Below are positions 1 through 12,495 of a DNA stretch of 64,000 nucleotides, in pieces. Source of the DNA: Heterodontus francisci (Eukaryota); the NCBI RefSeq assembly GCF_036365525.1, contig NC_090419.1, positions 930,001 through 994,000 on the forward strand, written 5' to 3'. The notes under the pieces were generated by a model. The model ran no database searches. It was not told the DNA's origin and saw nothing but the letters and a program-made list of their open reading frames with translations. How positions within the stretch are numbered: the first letter of the stretch is position 1; each line of letters opens with the position of its first letter. A program made the position numbers and the translations under genes.

Positions 1-1
1 C

Positions 2-625
2 CAGAAGCTCAAAAGTAAATATTGCAGCGTGAGAGCGGCGTCTGTGGTTCTGGGAACAGTGACCGTGCTGAGCTTTTTAAAGAATATTCCGTGGTATTTT
101 ATGATAACAGCTCGGTATTGGCTGGTGAACAGACCCTGGTTTTGTGAGGTCAAAATGGATGCTGTAGAATCTTGGACCTGGTTAACAATCGAGTTCCTCT
201 ATCACATTGTAACCCCAGGGGTCCCATTTGTGGTGATTCTGCTGCTCAATGCTTTTACCATCAGGCACATTGTTGTGAGCAGCAGAGGACGCAGGAGACT
301 GCGGGCTCCCAGCAGTGGGGGCAGTCACAGAGACCCAGAGATGGAAAGCCGAAGGAAATCTATAATTTTACTGTCAGTTATCTCGGCCAATTTCATCCTG
401 CTATGGGCAGCGTTTATGGTGAATTCCATTTGGAACCGAATGCGGTATATGGTGCATGTGTCTGTCATTCTACCTGGTTATCTGCTGGAAGCGGGCTTCA
501 TGCTGCAGCTCCTGAGTTGCTGCACAAATACTGCGATTTATGCCGTGACCCAAACCCAGTTCAGAGTGCAGCTGAAGAATTCGCTGAAATATCCCTTTAC
601 TTCAATTGTTAAATTCATTCAATGA
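2..625 (+). CDS. GPR139-like class A GPCR, copy A: 3' part of exon 2 (ICL2-TM4 to C-terminus); 5' part lies before the window
   Basis: Open frame from base 2 (QKLKSKYCSVRAASVVLG) to TGA 623-625; aligns along its length with copies B and D (PWFC, TPGVPF, RRKSIILL, FILLWA, GFMLQLLSCCTNTAIY, TQTQFR). Confidence 0.85.
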   Translation, partial: QKLKSKYCSVRAASVVLGTVTVLSFLKNIPWYFMITARYWLVNRPWFCEVKMDAVESWTWLTIEFLYHIVTPGVPFVVILLLNAFTIRHIVVSSRGRRRLRAPSSGGSHRDPEMESRRKSIILLSVISANFILLWAAFMVNSIWNRMRYMVHVSVILPGYLLEAGFMLQLLSCCTNTAIYAVTQTQFRVQLKNSLKYPFTSIVKFIQ

Positions 626-659
626 TGGCAGGAAAGGAATCGCAAACTATTTACAGCAG

Positions 660-1060
660 TTGGGGCCGGGTCCTGTCGCTATTGTAAGAAAGCGGGTCGG
701 AGACCGTCGTTCAGACGACAGAGCGGGGCCGGGTACTGCTCCCAATCATGACAGAGCGGGGGTGGGGGCTACCAGTTTGGTGCGTGATGCTTTGTAGAAA
801 TAGATGGGTTGGCGCCTGTGGTGGTAGAGTGGGGCAAAGCCTGTCGCTACAGAGAAAGAGCAGATGCGGGGTCTGTCGCTGTGTTGACAGAGTGGGCCCT
901 GGACCTGACCCGATGATGAAAGAGCGGGGGCTATGTCTGTGGTTATGGTGACAGATCGGGGCGGGGTCTGTTGCCATGGTGACCTAGCGGGATGGGACCT
1001 ATGCTTAAGGAGAGTTGGTGACAGCGGGGCCTGTTCCCCATGGTGACATCGCGACCTCTG
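660..1060 (+). repeat. Degenerate GC-rich ~33-35 bp tandem array 3' of copy A
   Basis: Recurring GACAGAGCGGGG and CCATGGTGAC units. Confidence 0.6.
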
Positions 1061-1316
1061 CCAAGACATCCGAAAGTTCTGCAACAGCTCTCAGTCGTTC
1101 GACCACAGGGAAAGCGTCAGCAGCGGTCCCGCCCACCGGAGGTCGCCAACGCAACCAGGACAACAGCAGCAGAAGAGAAAGTGGTGGGATGGATTACCCT
1201 CCATTCTTCATAATCTGTGAACACACATTATGATGCTTGCTGTAGAGCTTTGTTAAAAAGAAATAACGCTTTCCAGTACATTCTAACACTTTATACCACT
1301 TTGACACCCTATATAT

Positions 1317-1700
1317 GGGGGAGATGGCAGGTTAGTGGTAATTTCACCGAGTAAGTAATCCAGAGATTTAGGCTAATGTCCTGGCTTCGAATCCCACCAG
1401 GACAGCTGGTGGAATTTAAATTCAATTAATGAAGAACAAACTGGTATTAAAAGCTAGTCTCAGTATTGGTGCCATAAAACGATCCTCAATTTTCATAAAA
1501 ACCCATCCAGTTCACTAATCTCCTTCAGGGAAGGAAATCTGCTGTCCAAACCTGGACTGACCGACGCGTGACTCCAGACCCACAGCAATGTGGTTGACTC
1601 TAAACAGCCCTTTGAAATGGTCTAGCGAGCCATTCACTTCAACAGCAATTAGGTTTGGGAAACAAATGCTGGCCTTGCCAGCGATGACAGAATAAAAAAA
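1317..1700 (+). mobile_element. tRNA-headed SINE whose 3' tail matches the 29-32 kb LINE family
   Basis: A-box-like TGGCAGGTTAGTGG and B-box-like TTCGAATCCC; ends AAATGCTGGCCTTGCCAGCGA..AATAAAAAAA like the LINE ends at 44094 and 48760. Confidence 0.7.
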
Positions 1701-1987
1701 ACTTTCTAATCCTAATTTATTATTTAGAAACCTTTATAACCCTTCATAATTCGTTAGAAACTTTATAATACATTAGAAACCTTCACAACACGTTAAATAA
1801 ATATGCGGAGCCCTTTTTATTCCTTTACGATCCCTCGTGATCTTTTATAAACCGTTATAACATTTTCTAATACTTATTAGCACTTTCTAATCCTTTATAA
1901 ATATACAGAATTTAACCCCTTGTCACACTTCTTATTCTGTACACCCCTCGACAAGATCTTACAATGCTTCAAATGCCTCTCTAACCC

Positions 1988-3700
1988 TTATAGAGTCATA
2001 GAGATACACAGCACAGAAACAGACCCTTCGGCCCATCGTGTTCGTACCAGCCATCGAGCACCTAACAATTCGAATCCCATTTTCCAGCACTTGGCCCATA
2101 GCCTCGTATGCCATGGCGTTTCAAGTTCTCATCTAAATACTTCTTCAATGTTGTGATATTTTTGCCACCACCACCACTTCAAGCAGAGCATTCCAGATTC
2201 CAGCCACCCTCTGGGGGCAGAAAATCCTCAAATTCCCTCTAAACCTGCTGCACATTACCTTAAATCTATGCCCCCTGTTTATTGACCCCACCGCTAAGGG
2301 AAAAAGTTTCTTCCTACCTAACCTGTCAATGCCCCTCATAATTTTGTATGCCGCAATCATATCGCAGCTCAGCCTTCTCTGCTCTAAGGGACACAAACCA
2401 AGCCTTTCAGTCTATCTTCAGAGCTGAAATGCTCCAGCCCAGGCAACATCCTGGTGAATCTCCTCTGCACCCTCTCCAGTGCAATCACATCCTTCCTACA
2501 GTGTGGTTGCCAACGCTGTACACAGTACTCCAGCTGTGGCCTAACTAGCGTTTTATACAGCTCCATCATAACCTCCCTGCTCTTATATTCTATGACTCGG
2601 CTAATAAAGGCCAGTATCCCATATGCCTTCCGAATCACCTTATCTACCTGTGCTGCTGCCTTCAGTGATCTATCGACAAGTAGACCAAGGTCCCTCTGAC
2701 CCTCTGTACTTCCTAAGGTCCTACCATCTATTTATTCCCTTATATTCCCTTACCTTGTTAGTCCTCACATAATGCATCCCTCACACTTCTCAGGATTAAG
2801 TTCCATTTGCCACAGCTCCGCCCATCTTACCAGCCCATCTATTTCGTCCTGTAATCTAAGGCTTTCCTCCTTACTATTTACAACACCACCAATTATCGTG
2901 TTATCTGCGAACTTAATGATCATAACTCCTATATTCACGTCTAAATCATTAATGTACACTACAAACAGCAAGTGTTCCTGCACCGATCTCTGTGGTACAC
3001 CATTTGTCACAGGCTTCCACTCGCAAAAACAGCCCTCGACCATTACCCTCTGCTCCTGCCACTAAGCCAATCTAGGACCCAATCTGCCAAATTGCCCTGG
3101 ATCTCATGGGCTCTTACCTTCTTAACCAATCTCCAGTGCGGGACCTTATCAAAAGCCTAACTGAAGGCCATGTAGACGACATAAACTGCCTTACCCTCAT
3201 CTACACATCTCGCCATCGCCTCAGAAAATTCAATCATGTTAGTTAGACATGATCTCTCCCTGACAAAGCCATGCTGACTATCCCTGATTAATCCTGCCTC
3301 TCCAAGTGGAGAGTAATCCTGGTTCTATGAGTTTTTTCCAATAGTTTCCCAACAACTGATGATAAACTCACCGGCCTTTAATTACCTGATTTATCCCTAC
3401 TGCCCTTCTTGAGTAATGGTACCACATTCACTGTCGTCCAATCCTCTTGTACCTCTCCTGTGGCCAGAGAGGATTAGAAAATTTGTGTCAGAGCCCGTGC
3501 AAACGCTTCCCTTGCCTCACATAACAGCCTGGGATACAACTCATCTGGGCCTTGGGATTTATCCACTTTTGAGCCGCTAAAACAGCTAATGCTTCCTCCC
3601 TTTCAATGCGAATCTGTTCAATTGTGTCACAATCCGCCTCACTGATCTCAACACCCACATGATCCCTCGTTCTCCATAGTGAACATTGATGAAGAGTAAT
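1988..3700 (-). mobile_element. CR1 LINE, 5'-truncated, decayed RT
   Basis: GVPQ, YINDL, KFADN, LVRPQLEYCVQ, LERVQRRFTRMLPG motifs across frameshifted ORFs. Confidence 0.9.
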
Positions 3701-3821
3701 CATTTAAAACATTTATGATATTTTATAATAATTTATAACGCTTTATACTTCTTTATATCAGTTTATAATCTTTCATAATGCTTTATAATCCTTTATATTC
3801 CTTGTAAAGCTGTGCCGCGTA

Positions 3822-4183
3822 GGGCGGCACAGTGGCCCAGTGGTTAGCACCGCAGCCTCACAGCTCCAGGGACCCGGGTTCGATTCCGGGTACTGCCTGT
3901 GTGGAGTTTGCAAGTTCTCCCTGTGTCTGCGTGGGTTTCCTCCGGGTGCTCCGGTTTCCTCCCACAAGCCAAAAAAAGACTTGCAGGTTGATAGGTAAAT
4001 TGGTCATTATAAATTGTCACTAGTATAGGTAGGTGGTAGGGAAATATAGGGACAGGTGGGGATGTTTGGTAGGAATATGGGATTAGTGTAGGATTAGTAT
4101 AAATGGGTGGTTGATGTTCGGCACAGACTCGGTGGGCCGAAGGGCCTGTTTCAGTGCTGTATCTCTAATCTAATCTAATCTAA
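3822..4183 (+). mobile_element. HE1-type (V-SINE) tRNA SINE
   Basis: tRNA head (TGGCCCAGTGG, GGTTCGATTCC), V-domain GCGTGGGTTTCCTCCGGGTGCTCCGGTTTCCTCCCACA, CR1-like tail GGGCCGAAGGGCCTGTTTCAGTGCTGTATCTC(TAATC)n. Confidence 0.9.
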
Positions 4184-4854
4184 TAACATTTTTATGAACG
4201 TTTCTAACCAATTACTACCCCTTATATTCCTTTACAACGTTTTAATAATCCTTTTTTTAAGCTTTATAATCATTTATAAACTTTAATGAGCCTTCATAAT
4301 TATTATAACATTGTTAGTATTTCCCAATCCTTTTTGAGGTATTCTAATCCTTTGTAACCCTGGAAATCAATTTGAATCATTTTAATAATTGTAACCCTTT
4401 ATAAAAGTTAACAATGCTTTGCAATTCTTTATAATCCTTTATCACCTTTTATTTGGAGATAGGAATGGGACACTGAATATGAAAATCTGCACAGATTTGG
4501 AGTCCAGATGTGAAACATATAGAGGAAGGAAATGAGGCTGTGCAAGAAATGTGTACAGCCTCTGTGCTCCAGATTCTAGATATATAAACGTAGTGAGCTG
4601 GGAGGGAGGCTGAGCAGGGAAAGTGTGCAGCTCTGGACACCAGATAATAAAAATGTAGAGAAATAGAGGAAGGCTGGGTCAGGACTGTGCACTGTTCTGG
4701 ACTCCAGATACTAGATATAAAGAGGAATGCTCGATAAGGAGTCCAACTCTAGAACTTGAACACAAAAATCAAGGCTTTCACTCCATTACAATACTGAGTG
4801 AGCACACTGAATGAGGGCCAGAATTGAGGGAGTGGTGCACTATCAGAGTCATAT

Positions 4855-7800
4855 GGCTAACAATGTTTGAAAATGACAAGCAATGTTAAATAGACAAATC
4901 TAAAGGCATCTTGTCTTAATGCGCAGAGCATTTGCAATAAGGTAGATGAATTAACAGCAAAAGTAGAGATAAACGGTTATGATATAGCAGCGATTATGGA
5001 GACATAGCTGCAAGGTGACCAAGGATGGGAACTGAACATCCTGGGGTATTCAATATTTAGCAAGGACAGTGTAAAAAGGGAAAGGATGTGGGGTTTCGTT
5101 GTTAGTACAGGATAAAATCAATGCTATAGTGAGGAAGTATATTGAAGAAAATCATGATGTGAAATCTGTCTGGGTGCAGCTAAGAAACAACAAGGGGCAG
5201 AAAACGTTGATGGTGGTGGTTTGTAGGCCCTCAAACAGTAGTGGAGATGTAAGGGATGGCATTAAACAGGAAATTAGAGATGCATCCATTAAGCATACAC
5301 CGGTAATCATGGGTGACATTAATCTACATATAGATCGGTCAAACCAAATTAGCTATAATCGTGCGGAGATGGATTCCCTTGAGTGTGTACATGACCGTTT
5401 TTTTAAAAGAAAAATACGTTTAGGAACCAACTAGAGATCATATTATCCTAGACGAGGTATCGTGCATAGAGAAATGAATAATTAACTATCTTGTTGTGCG
5501 GCGTCCCATGGGGAGGAGCGAGCATAACATTATTGAATTCTTCACTAAGATGGAGATTGAAGTAGTTGAATCCAAAACCAGGGTCCTGACTCTAAATAAA
5601 GGAAACTACGAAGGTATGAGGCGCGAGTTGGCTATTATAGATTGGCAAACTTTACCAAAAGAGTTGAAGGTGGGTAGGCAACGGATAGTTAAAGAACAAA
5701 GAACAAGGAGCAAAGAGCAAAGAGCAACAAACAGTACAGCACAGGAACAGGCCATTCGGCCATCCAAGCCTGCGCCGATCTTGATGCCTGCCTAAACTAA
5801 AACCTTCTGCACTTCCTGGGACCTCTATTCCCATTCTGCTCATGTATTTGTCAAGATGCCTCTTAAATGTCGCCATCGTACCTGCTTCCACCACCTCGCC
5901 CGGCAGCAAGTTCTAGGCACTCACAACCCTCAGTGTCAAGAACTTGCCTCGCACATCCTTTCTAAAGTTTGCCCCTCGCACCTTAAACCTATGTCTCTTA
6001 GTAACTGACTCTTCCACCCTGGGAAAAAGCTTCTGACTGTTCACACTGTCCATGCTGCTCATAACTTTGTAAACCTCTATCATGTCGCCCCAACACCTCC
6101 GTCGTTCCAGTGGAAACAATCAACCTCTCCTCATAGCTAATGCCCTCCAGACCAGGCAACATCCTGGTTAACCTCTTCTGTACCCACTCCAAAGCCTCCA
6201 CGTCCTTCTGGTAGTGTGGCGACCAGAATTGCACTCAATATTCTAAGTGTGGCCCAACTAAAGTTCTGTACAGCTGCAGCATGTCTTGCCAATTATTGTA
6301 CTCTAATGCCCCGACCAATGAAGGCAAGCATGCCGTATGCCTTCTCGACTACCTTATCCACCTGCGTTGCCACTTTCAGTGACCTGTGGACCTGTACGCC
6401 CAGATCTCTCTGCCTGTCAATATGTCTAACGGTTCTGCCATTTACTGTATACTTCCCACCTGCATTCGACCTTCCAAAATGCATTACCTCACATTTGTCC
6501 AGATTAAAATCCATCTACCATTTCTCCACCCAAGTCTCCAAACGATCTATATCCTGCTGTATCCTCTGACAATCCACATCACTATCGGCAACTCCACCAA
6601 CCTCTGTGTCGTCTCCAAACTTACTAATCAGACCAGCTACATTTTCCTCCAAATCATTTATATATACAACAAACAGCAAAGGTGCCAGCACTGATCCCTG
6701 CGGAAGACCACTATTCACAGCCCTCCAATCAGAAAAGCACCCTTTCACTGCTACCCTCTGTCTTCTGTGACTGAGCCAGTTCGGTATTCATCTTGCCAGC
6801 TCACCTCTGATCGCGTGTGACTTCACCATTTGTACCAGTCTGCCATGAGGGACCTTGTCAAAGGCTTTACTAAAGTCCATATAGATAACATCCACTGTCC
6901 TTCCTTCATCAATCATCTTTGTCACTTCCTCAAAAGACTCAATCAAGTTAGTGAGACACGACCTCCCCTTCACAAAACCATGCTGCCTCTCACTAATAAG
7001 TTCGTTGTTTCCAAATGGGAGTAAATCATGTCCCGAAGAATCCTTTCTAATAATTTCCCTACCATTGACGGAAGGCTCACCGGTATATAATTTCCTGGAT
7101 TATCCTTGTTACCCTTCTTAAATAAAGGAAAAACATTGGCTATTCTCCAGTCCTCTGGCACCTCACCTGTAGCCAATGACGATGCCAAGATTTCTGTCCA
7201 GGCCCCAATTATTTCTTCCCTTGCCTCCCTCAGTATTCTGGGGTGGATCCCATCAGGCCCTGGGGACATATCTACTTTAATGCTTTGCAAGACACCCGAC
7301 ACCTCCTCCTTTTTGATAATGAGATGACTGAGACTATCTACACTCCCTTCCCAAGGCTCATCATCCACCAAGTCCTTCTCTTTGTTGAAATCTGATGCAA
7401 AGTACTCATTTAGTACCTCGCCCATTTTCTCTGGCTTCTCACATAGATTCCCTTCTCTGTCCTTGAATGGGCCAACCCTTTCCCTAGTTACCCTCTTGCT
7501 CTTTATATACGTATAAAAAGCCTTGGGAATTTCCTTAATCATGTTTGCCAATGACTTTTGATGACCCCTTTTAGCCCTCCTGACTCCTTGCTTAAGTTCC
7601 TTCCTACTGTCTTTATATTCCTCAAGGGGCTCGTCGGTTCCTAGCCTTCCAGCCCTTACGAATGCTACCTTTTTCTTTTTGACTCGGCTCACAATATCCC
7701 GCGTTATCCAAGGTTCCCAAAACTTGCCAGACTTATCCTTCTTCCTCACAGGAACTTGCTGGTCCTGGATTCTAATCAGCTGACGTTTGAAAGACTCCCA

Positions 7801-10800
7801 CATGTCAAACAGCCGCCCCCAATCTAAATTCCTCAGTTCCTGCCTAATATTGTTATAATTAGCCTTCCCCCAATTTAGCACCTTCACCCGAGGACTACTC
7901 TTATCCACAAGTACCTTAAAACTTATGGCATTATGGTCACTGTTCCCTAAATGCTCCACTACTGAAACTTCGACCACCTGGCCGGGCTCAATCCCCAATA
8001 TCAGGTCCTGTACGGCCCAATCCCTAGTTGGACTGTCTACATATTGTTTCAAGAAGCCCTGCAAGATGCTCCTTTCAATTTCTGCGCCATCCAAGCCCCT
8101 AGTACTAAGTGAGTCCAGTCAATATAAGGGAAGTTAAAGTCACCCACCACGACAACCCTGATACCTTTACATCTTTCCAAAATATGGGTACATATCTGCT
8201 CCTCTACCTCCTGCTGGCTGTTAGGAGGCCTGTAGAAAATCCCAACATTGTGACTGCACCCTTCCTATTCCTGAGCTCCACCCATATTGCCTCGCTGCAC
8301 GACCCCTTCGAGGTGTACAGTACAGCTGTGATATTCTCCTTAACAAGTAATTCAACTACCCCACCCCTTTTACATCCCCCTCTATCCCGCCTAAAGCTTC
8401 TAAATCCTGGAACATTTAGCTGCCAATCCTGTCCTTCCCTCAACCAAGCCTCTGTAATAGCAACAACATCATAATTCAAGGAACTAATCCAAGCTCTGAG
8501 TTCATCTGCCTTACCTGCAGCACTTCTTGCATTGAAACAAATGCACTTCAGACGACCAGTCCCGCAGTGCTCCGCAACATCTCCCTGCCTGCTCTTTCTC
8601 TTAGTCTTACTGGCCTTATTTACTAGTTCCCCTTCATTTATTTCACTTGCTGTCCTAATGCTCTGATTCCCACCCCCTGCCACACTAATTTAAACTCTCC
8701 CAAGTGACGCTAGAAAGCCTCGCAGCCAGGATATTTGTGTCCCTCCAGTTTAGATGCAACCCGTCCTTCTTGTACAGGTCCCATCTTTCCCTGAAGAGAT
8801 CCCAGTGGTCCAGTTATCTGAAACCCTCCCTTCTACACCAGCTTTTCAGCCACGTGTTTAACAGCACTAACTTCCTATTTCTCACCTCACTGGCATGCAC
8901 ACGTGAACGTGTGAATGAATTACAACAATTATTCATTCCTGTCTGGCGCAAAAAGAAAACCAGAAAGATGGCTCAACCATGGCTTCCAAAATAAATTACT
9001 GATAGTATAATATCCAGAGAGGAGCCATATAAAATTGCCAGAACAAACAGTAAGTCTGAGGATTGGTAGCAAATTAGAGTTTGGCAAATGAGAACAAAGA
9101 GTTTGATTACGTGGGGCGAAATAGAGTTTGAGAGCAAACATGTGGGGAACATAAAAACTGACTGTAAAAGCTTCTATTAATATATGAAGAGAAAAAAGAT
9201 TAGTGAAGACAAATGTGGGTCCCTTACAGTCAGAAACGAGGAAACTATAATGGGGAACAAAGAAATGGCATAACAATTAAACTCATAATTTGGTTCAGTC
9301 TTAACAAAGCAGGATACAAATGACCTTCCGGAAATGTTAGGGAATCAGAGGTCAAATAAGTGGGAGGATATGAAGGAAATAAAATGAGTAAAAAAAAAGT
9401 GCTGGGGAAATTAATGGGGTTAAAGGCTGACAAATGCCCAGGGTCCGATAAGCTACATCCCAGAGTATGAAAGGAAGTGGCCCTAGAAATAGTGGATGCA
9501 TTGGTAGTCATCTTCCAAAATTATATAGACTCTGGAGCAGTCCCTACCGATTGGAGGTTGACAAATGTTACCCCACTATTTCAAAAGGACGGAGCAAAAA
9601 GTAGGGAAATATAGTCCCGTAATTCTTACATCTGTAGTAGAGAAAATGCTAGAGTCTGTTACTGAGGTAGTGATAGCAGAACACCTAGAATGTATGAACG
9701 GGATTGGGCAAAATCAGTATGGGTTTGCGAAAAGCAAGTCATGATTAACAAATCTACTGGAGATTTTGAGGCGGTAAGTAGTAGAATGTATAAGGGAGAA
9801 CCAGTAAATGTGGTGTATTTGGATTTTCAGAAAGCTTTTGATCAGGTTCCACATAAAAGGCTAGTGTGAAAGATTAAAGCACATAGGATTGGGGTAATAT
9901 ACCAGCATGGATTGAGAATTGCTTGACAGACAGGAGACAGAGATTAGGAATAAATGGGTCTCTTCCAGGGTGGCAGGTAGTGACAAGTGGTGTACCGCAG
10001 GGATCAGTGCTTGGGCCCCAGCTGTGCACAATATATATTAATGACTGGCGGCTGGGGCTGGGGTTCTGAGCTGTGGATGCAGCGGAGGATGCAAACAGGC
10101 TCCAATGTGACTTGGGCAAGTTGGGTGAGTGGGCAAATGTATGGATGATACAGTGTTACGTGGATAAATGTGCGTTTATCCACTTTGGTTGTAAAAGCAG
10201 AAAGGCAGATTATTATCTGTATGGTGATAGATTGGGAAAGGGGGAGGTACAACGATAACTGGGAGTCCTTGTACACCAGTCGCTGAAAGCAAGCATTCAG
10301 GTCAGCAAGCAATTAGGAAGGCCAATGGTATGTCGGCCTTCTTTGCAAGAGGATTTGGGTACAGGAGCAAGAATGTCTTACTGCCGTTGCAGAGGGCCTT
10401 GGTGAGACGATATCTGGAGTATTTGTGCAGGTCTGGTCTACTTATATTAGGAAGGATGTTCTTGTCTTGGAGGGAGTGCAAAAAAGATTTACTAGGCTGA
10501 TTCCTGGGACGGCAGGATTGACGTAAATTGAGAGATTGGGTCGACTAGGCCTATATTCACTAGAGCTTAGAAGAGAGGGGATCTCATAGAAACCAATTTA
10601 ATTCTCACAGGACGAGACAGGCTTGATGCAGGGAGAGTGTTCCCGATGGCTTGGGAGTCCAGAACCAGGGGTCACAGTCTCAGGATACGGATATGCCATT
10701 TGGAACCAATATGAGGAGAACTTTCTTCACTCAGAGAGTGGTGAACCTGTGGAATTCTCTACTGCAGTAGGCAGTCGAGACCAAGTCAGTAAATATATTC

Positions 10801-10960
10801 AAGAAGGAGCTAGATATTTCTTCTAAATTCAAAGTGATCAAGGGACATGGGGAGCAGGGTACGGAATTAGACGGTCAGCCATAATATTTTTTTGAATGGC
10901 AGAGAAGGCCTAAAGGGCTGAGTGACCTACTCCTGCTCCTACTTTCTGTTTCGATGTTTT
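4855..10960 (+). mobile_element. CR1 LINE ORF2 (endonuclease-RT), decayed, interrupted by an antisense CR1 at 5688-8900
   Basis: Both sides are collinear with the element at 24000-26940. Confidence 0.85.
5688..8900 (-). mobile_element. CR1 LINE (end of ORF1 plus ORF2), nested
   Basis: 374-aa ORF2 segment 6970-8094, EN motif VAITEAWL, RT motifs, (TTCTTTG)n-type tail. Confidence 0.9.
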
Positions 10961-10964
10961 TACA

Positions 10965-11300
10965 TTATTGAGGGAGCGCTTCATTGTCGAAGGCACCTTT
11001 GTCTCTTATAAAACATTAAACCAGGGCTCCCTTTGTTCTCACAGGTGGAGGCGAATGATCCCATTGCAGAATTTTAAGGAAGGGCAGGGCAGATAGCTGT
11101 ACTTTCCTGGCCAATATTAAATCCTCAATCAACATTGTAGAAAAGGAGCATCTGGCGACTTCGAGCTTACTGTTTACAATATTGTACTGTGCACAAATTT
11201 GCAGCTGCGTCTTCCACATTGCAAAAGACTTCAAAATTTCTTCATTGGATGTAACACAGTTTGGAACGTCCATTGGTTTTGAAATCATATTGCAAGTGAT
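10965..11300 (+). mobile_element. DeuSINE-like element, decayed; 5' part at 4745-4850, separated by the CR1
   Basis: Deu-domain-like TTAAACCAGGG..CAGGTGG..GATCCCATTGCA..CCTGGCCAATATT..CCTCAATCAAC, recognised from recall of AmnSINE1/SacSINE1. Confidence 0.55.
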
Positions 11301-11314
11301 TTCATCTCACTTCA

Positions 11315-11470
11315 GATGGCTGCAGGAAATATCACGTAAACTGGCCACAGCAAAATTTCTCTCAGAATGGCTGCAACAAATATAATTTATAATGGCCACT
11401 GTGCATAACAGATAAAATGACCTCAGCGCACAACACTGAAAATGGCCACAGGAAATATATCTTGAAATCA
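11315..11470 (+). repeat. Degenerate 25-bp tandem array (AAAATGGCYRCAGCAAATATCACTT), left part
   Basis: ATGGC cores spaced ~25 bp. Confidence 0.6.
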
Positions 11471-11579
11471 TCGAGAGGAAGAAATTAAACTTATCGTTTG
11501 CTGAAAAGGCAACCAGTAGGTGTCACAGCAGTGACAGATGCTCAAATACAGCATCACCCACTGAAACGTCACTGCTGCG

Positions 11580-12205
11580 ACTTCTCAGGCAGCTGCCAGT
11601 AATAAAGATGGCACTACTCAATTTGTCAGGAAAAAGAAATTAAACCCGAATCACCTCAATGGCTGCCATCGCTGCTTCCATCCCAACAGTAACCCGCCCC
11701 CTCCTGCCATCACCCTTCTCTTAGCCACTCCCTCCCATGCCCGTCTGCTCGGTGATCGCTCCCCATTGCTTTCCCTCAGCCACTTGCTCCTGCCTTCACT
11801 GCTACCCCACCTCGTCTGCTGGCATTGCGCCTTGCCTGTGTCCGCTCGCTTACCTCTTCCCCACAGCTCCGGCCGCTTGCCATATGCCTCGCCACTTCCC
11901 TCACTTCACCTCCCCGCCCTCATCCCACAACTGCTTCTTCGGCTGGCTTGGCAGGGAGGACAGGGGCGAAGCAACGAGCGCGAGAATAAGGCTGGGGGAG
12001 GCAGCGGCGAGGGCGGGGAGAAAATGGCTGAAGGAAAGCAGCACCCAGCCGCGATGGAGCGGGAAACTGAAAGCGGCGATTGAATTTGGGAGGGACCGGG
12101 TACTGTTAGAAGGAATGGAAGCAGCGTTCGCGGTTATTGAGCTGTGAGGACATTGTTTCAGAGTGAGGACAGCGCGTGCATTCTTACTGGCAGGCTGCCA
12201 AATGT
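11580..12205. mobile_element. Degenerate palindromic (foldback/MITE-like) element
   Basis: Three nested inverted pairs: 11588-11607/12179-12199, 11655-11696/12097-12141, 11768-11783/12025-12040. Confidence 0.6.
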
Positions 12206-12274
12206 TTGCACGCACTGATGACGTCCACGACCGCTCTGCATATGCTCTGCATTGTCAGGAGTCAGTGTTTAAAT

Positions 12275-12495
12275 TAAAATGGCTGCAGAAAATATCACTT
12301 AAAATGGCTGCAGCAACTATCACTCAAAGTGGCCACAGTACGTATCAGTCAAAATACCTGCCGTGTACAACAAATAAAAAGCCACAGCATATATCACATA
12401 AAATAGCGACAGCACATGCCATTTGAAAGGCTCACATCGCACGCCATGTTAAATGGCCGCAGTGCACATCATTTAAAAGAGGCACAGTGCATGTC
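12275..12495 (+). repeat. Degenerate 25-bp tandem array, right part
   Basis: AAATGGCTGCAGAAAATATCACTTA AAATGGCTGCAGCAACTATCACTCA AAGTGGCCACAG... Confidence 0.65.

Larger units (their letters stand above)
1700..4450 (+). repeat. 10-bp-periodic AT-rich array (consensus ~CTTTATAATC) in three pieces (1700-1915, 3705-3810, 4185-4450) split by CR1 and SINE insertions
   Basis: e.g. 3721-3800: ttttataata atttataacg ctttatactt ctttatatca gtttataatc tttcataatg ctttataatc ctttatattc. Confidence 0.7.

Noticed and set aside
2-625. Copy A as the displaced missing half of copy C
   Set aside because: It overlaps C over QKLKxKYC with different sequence, and its start is simply the window edge.
3822-3895. 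tRNA genes
   Set aside because: The tRNA-like heads continue into SINE bodies and LINE-derived tails in many copies.
6970-8094. 374-aa ORF as a host gene or active retrotransposon
   Set aside because: Internal CR1 ORF2 segment flanked by frameshifts; no intact ORF2 in the window.
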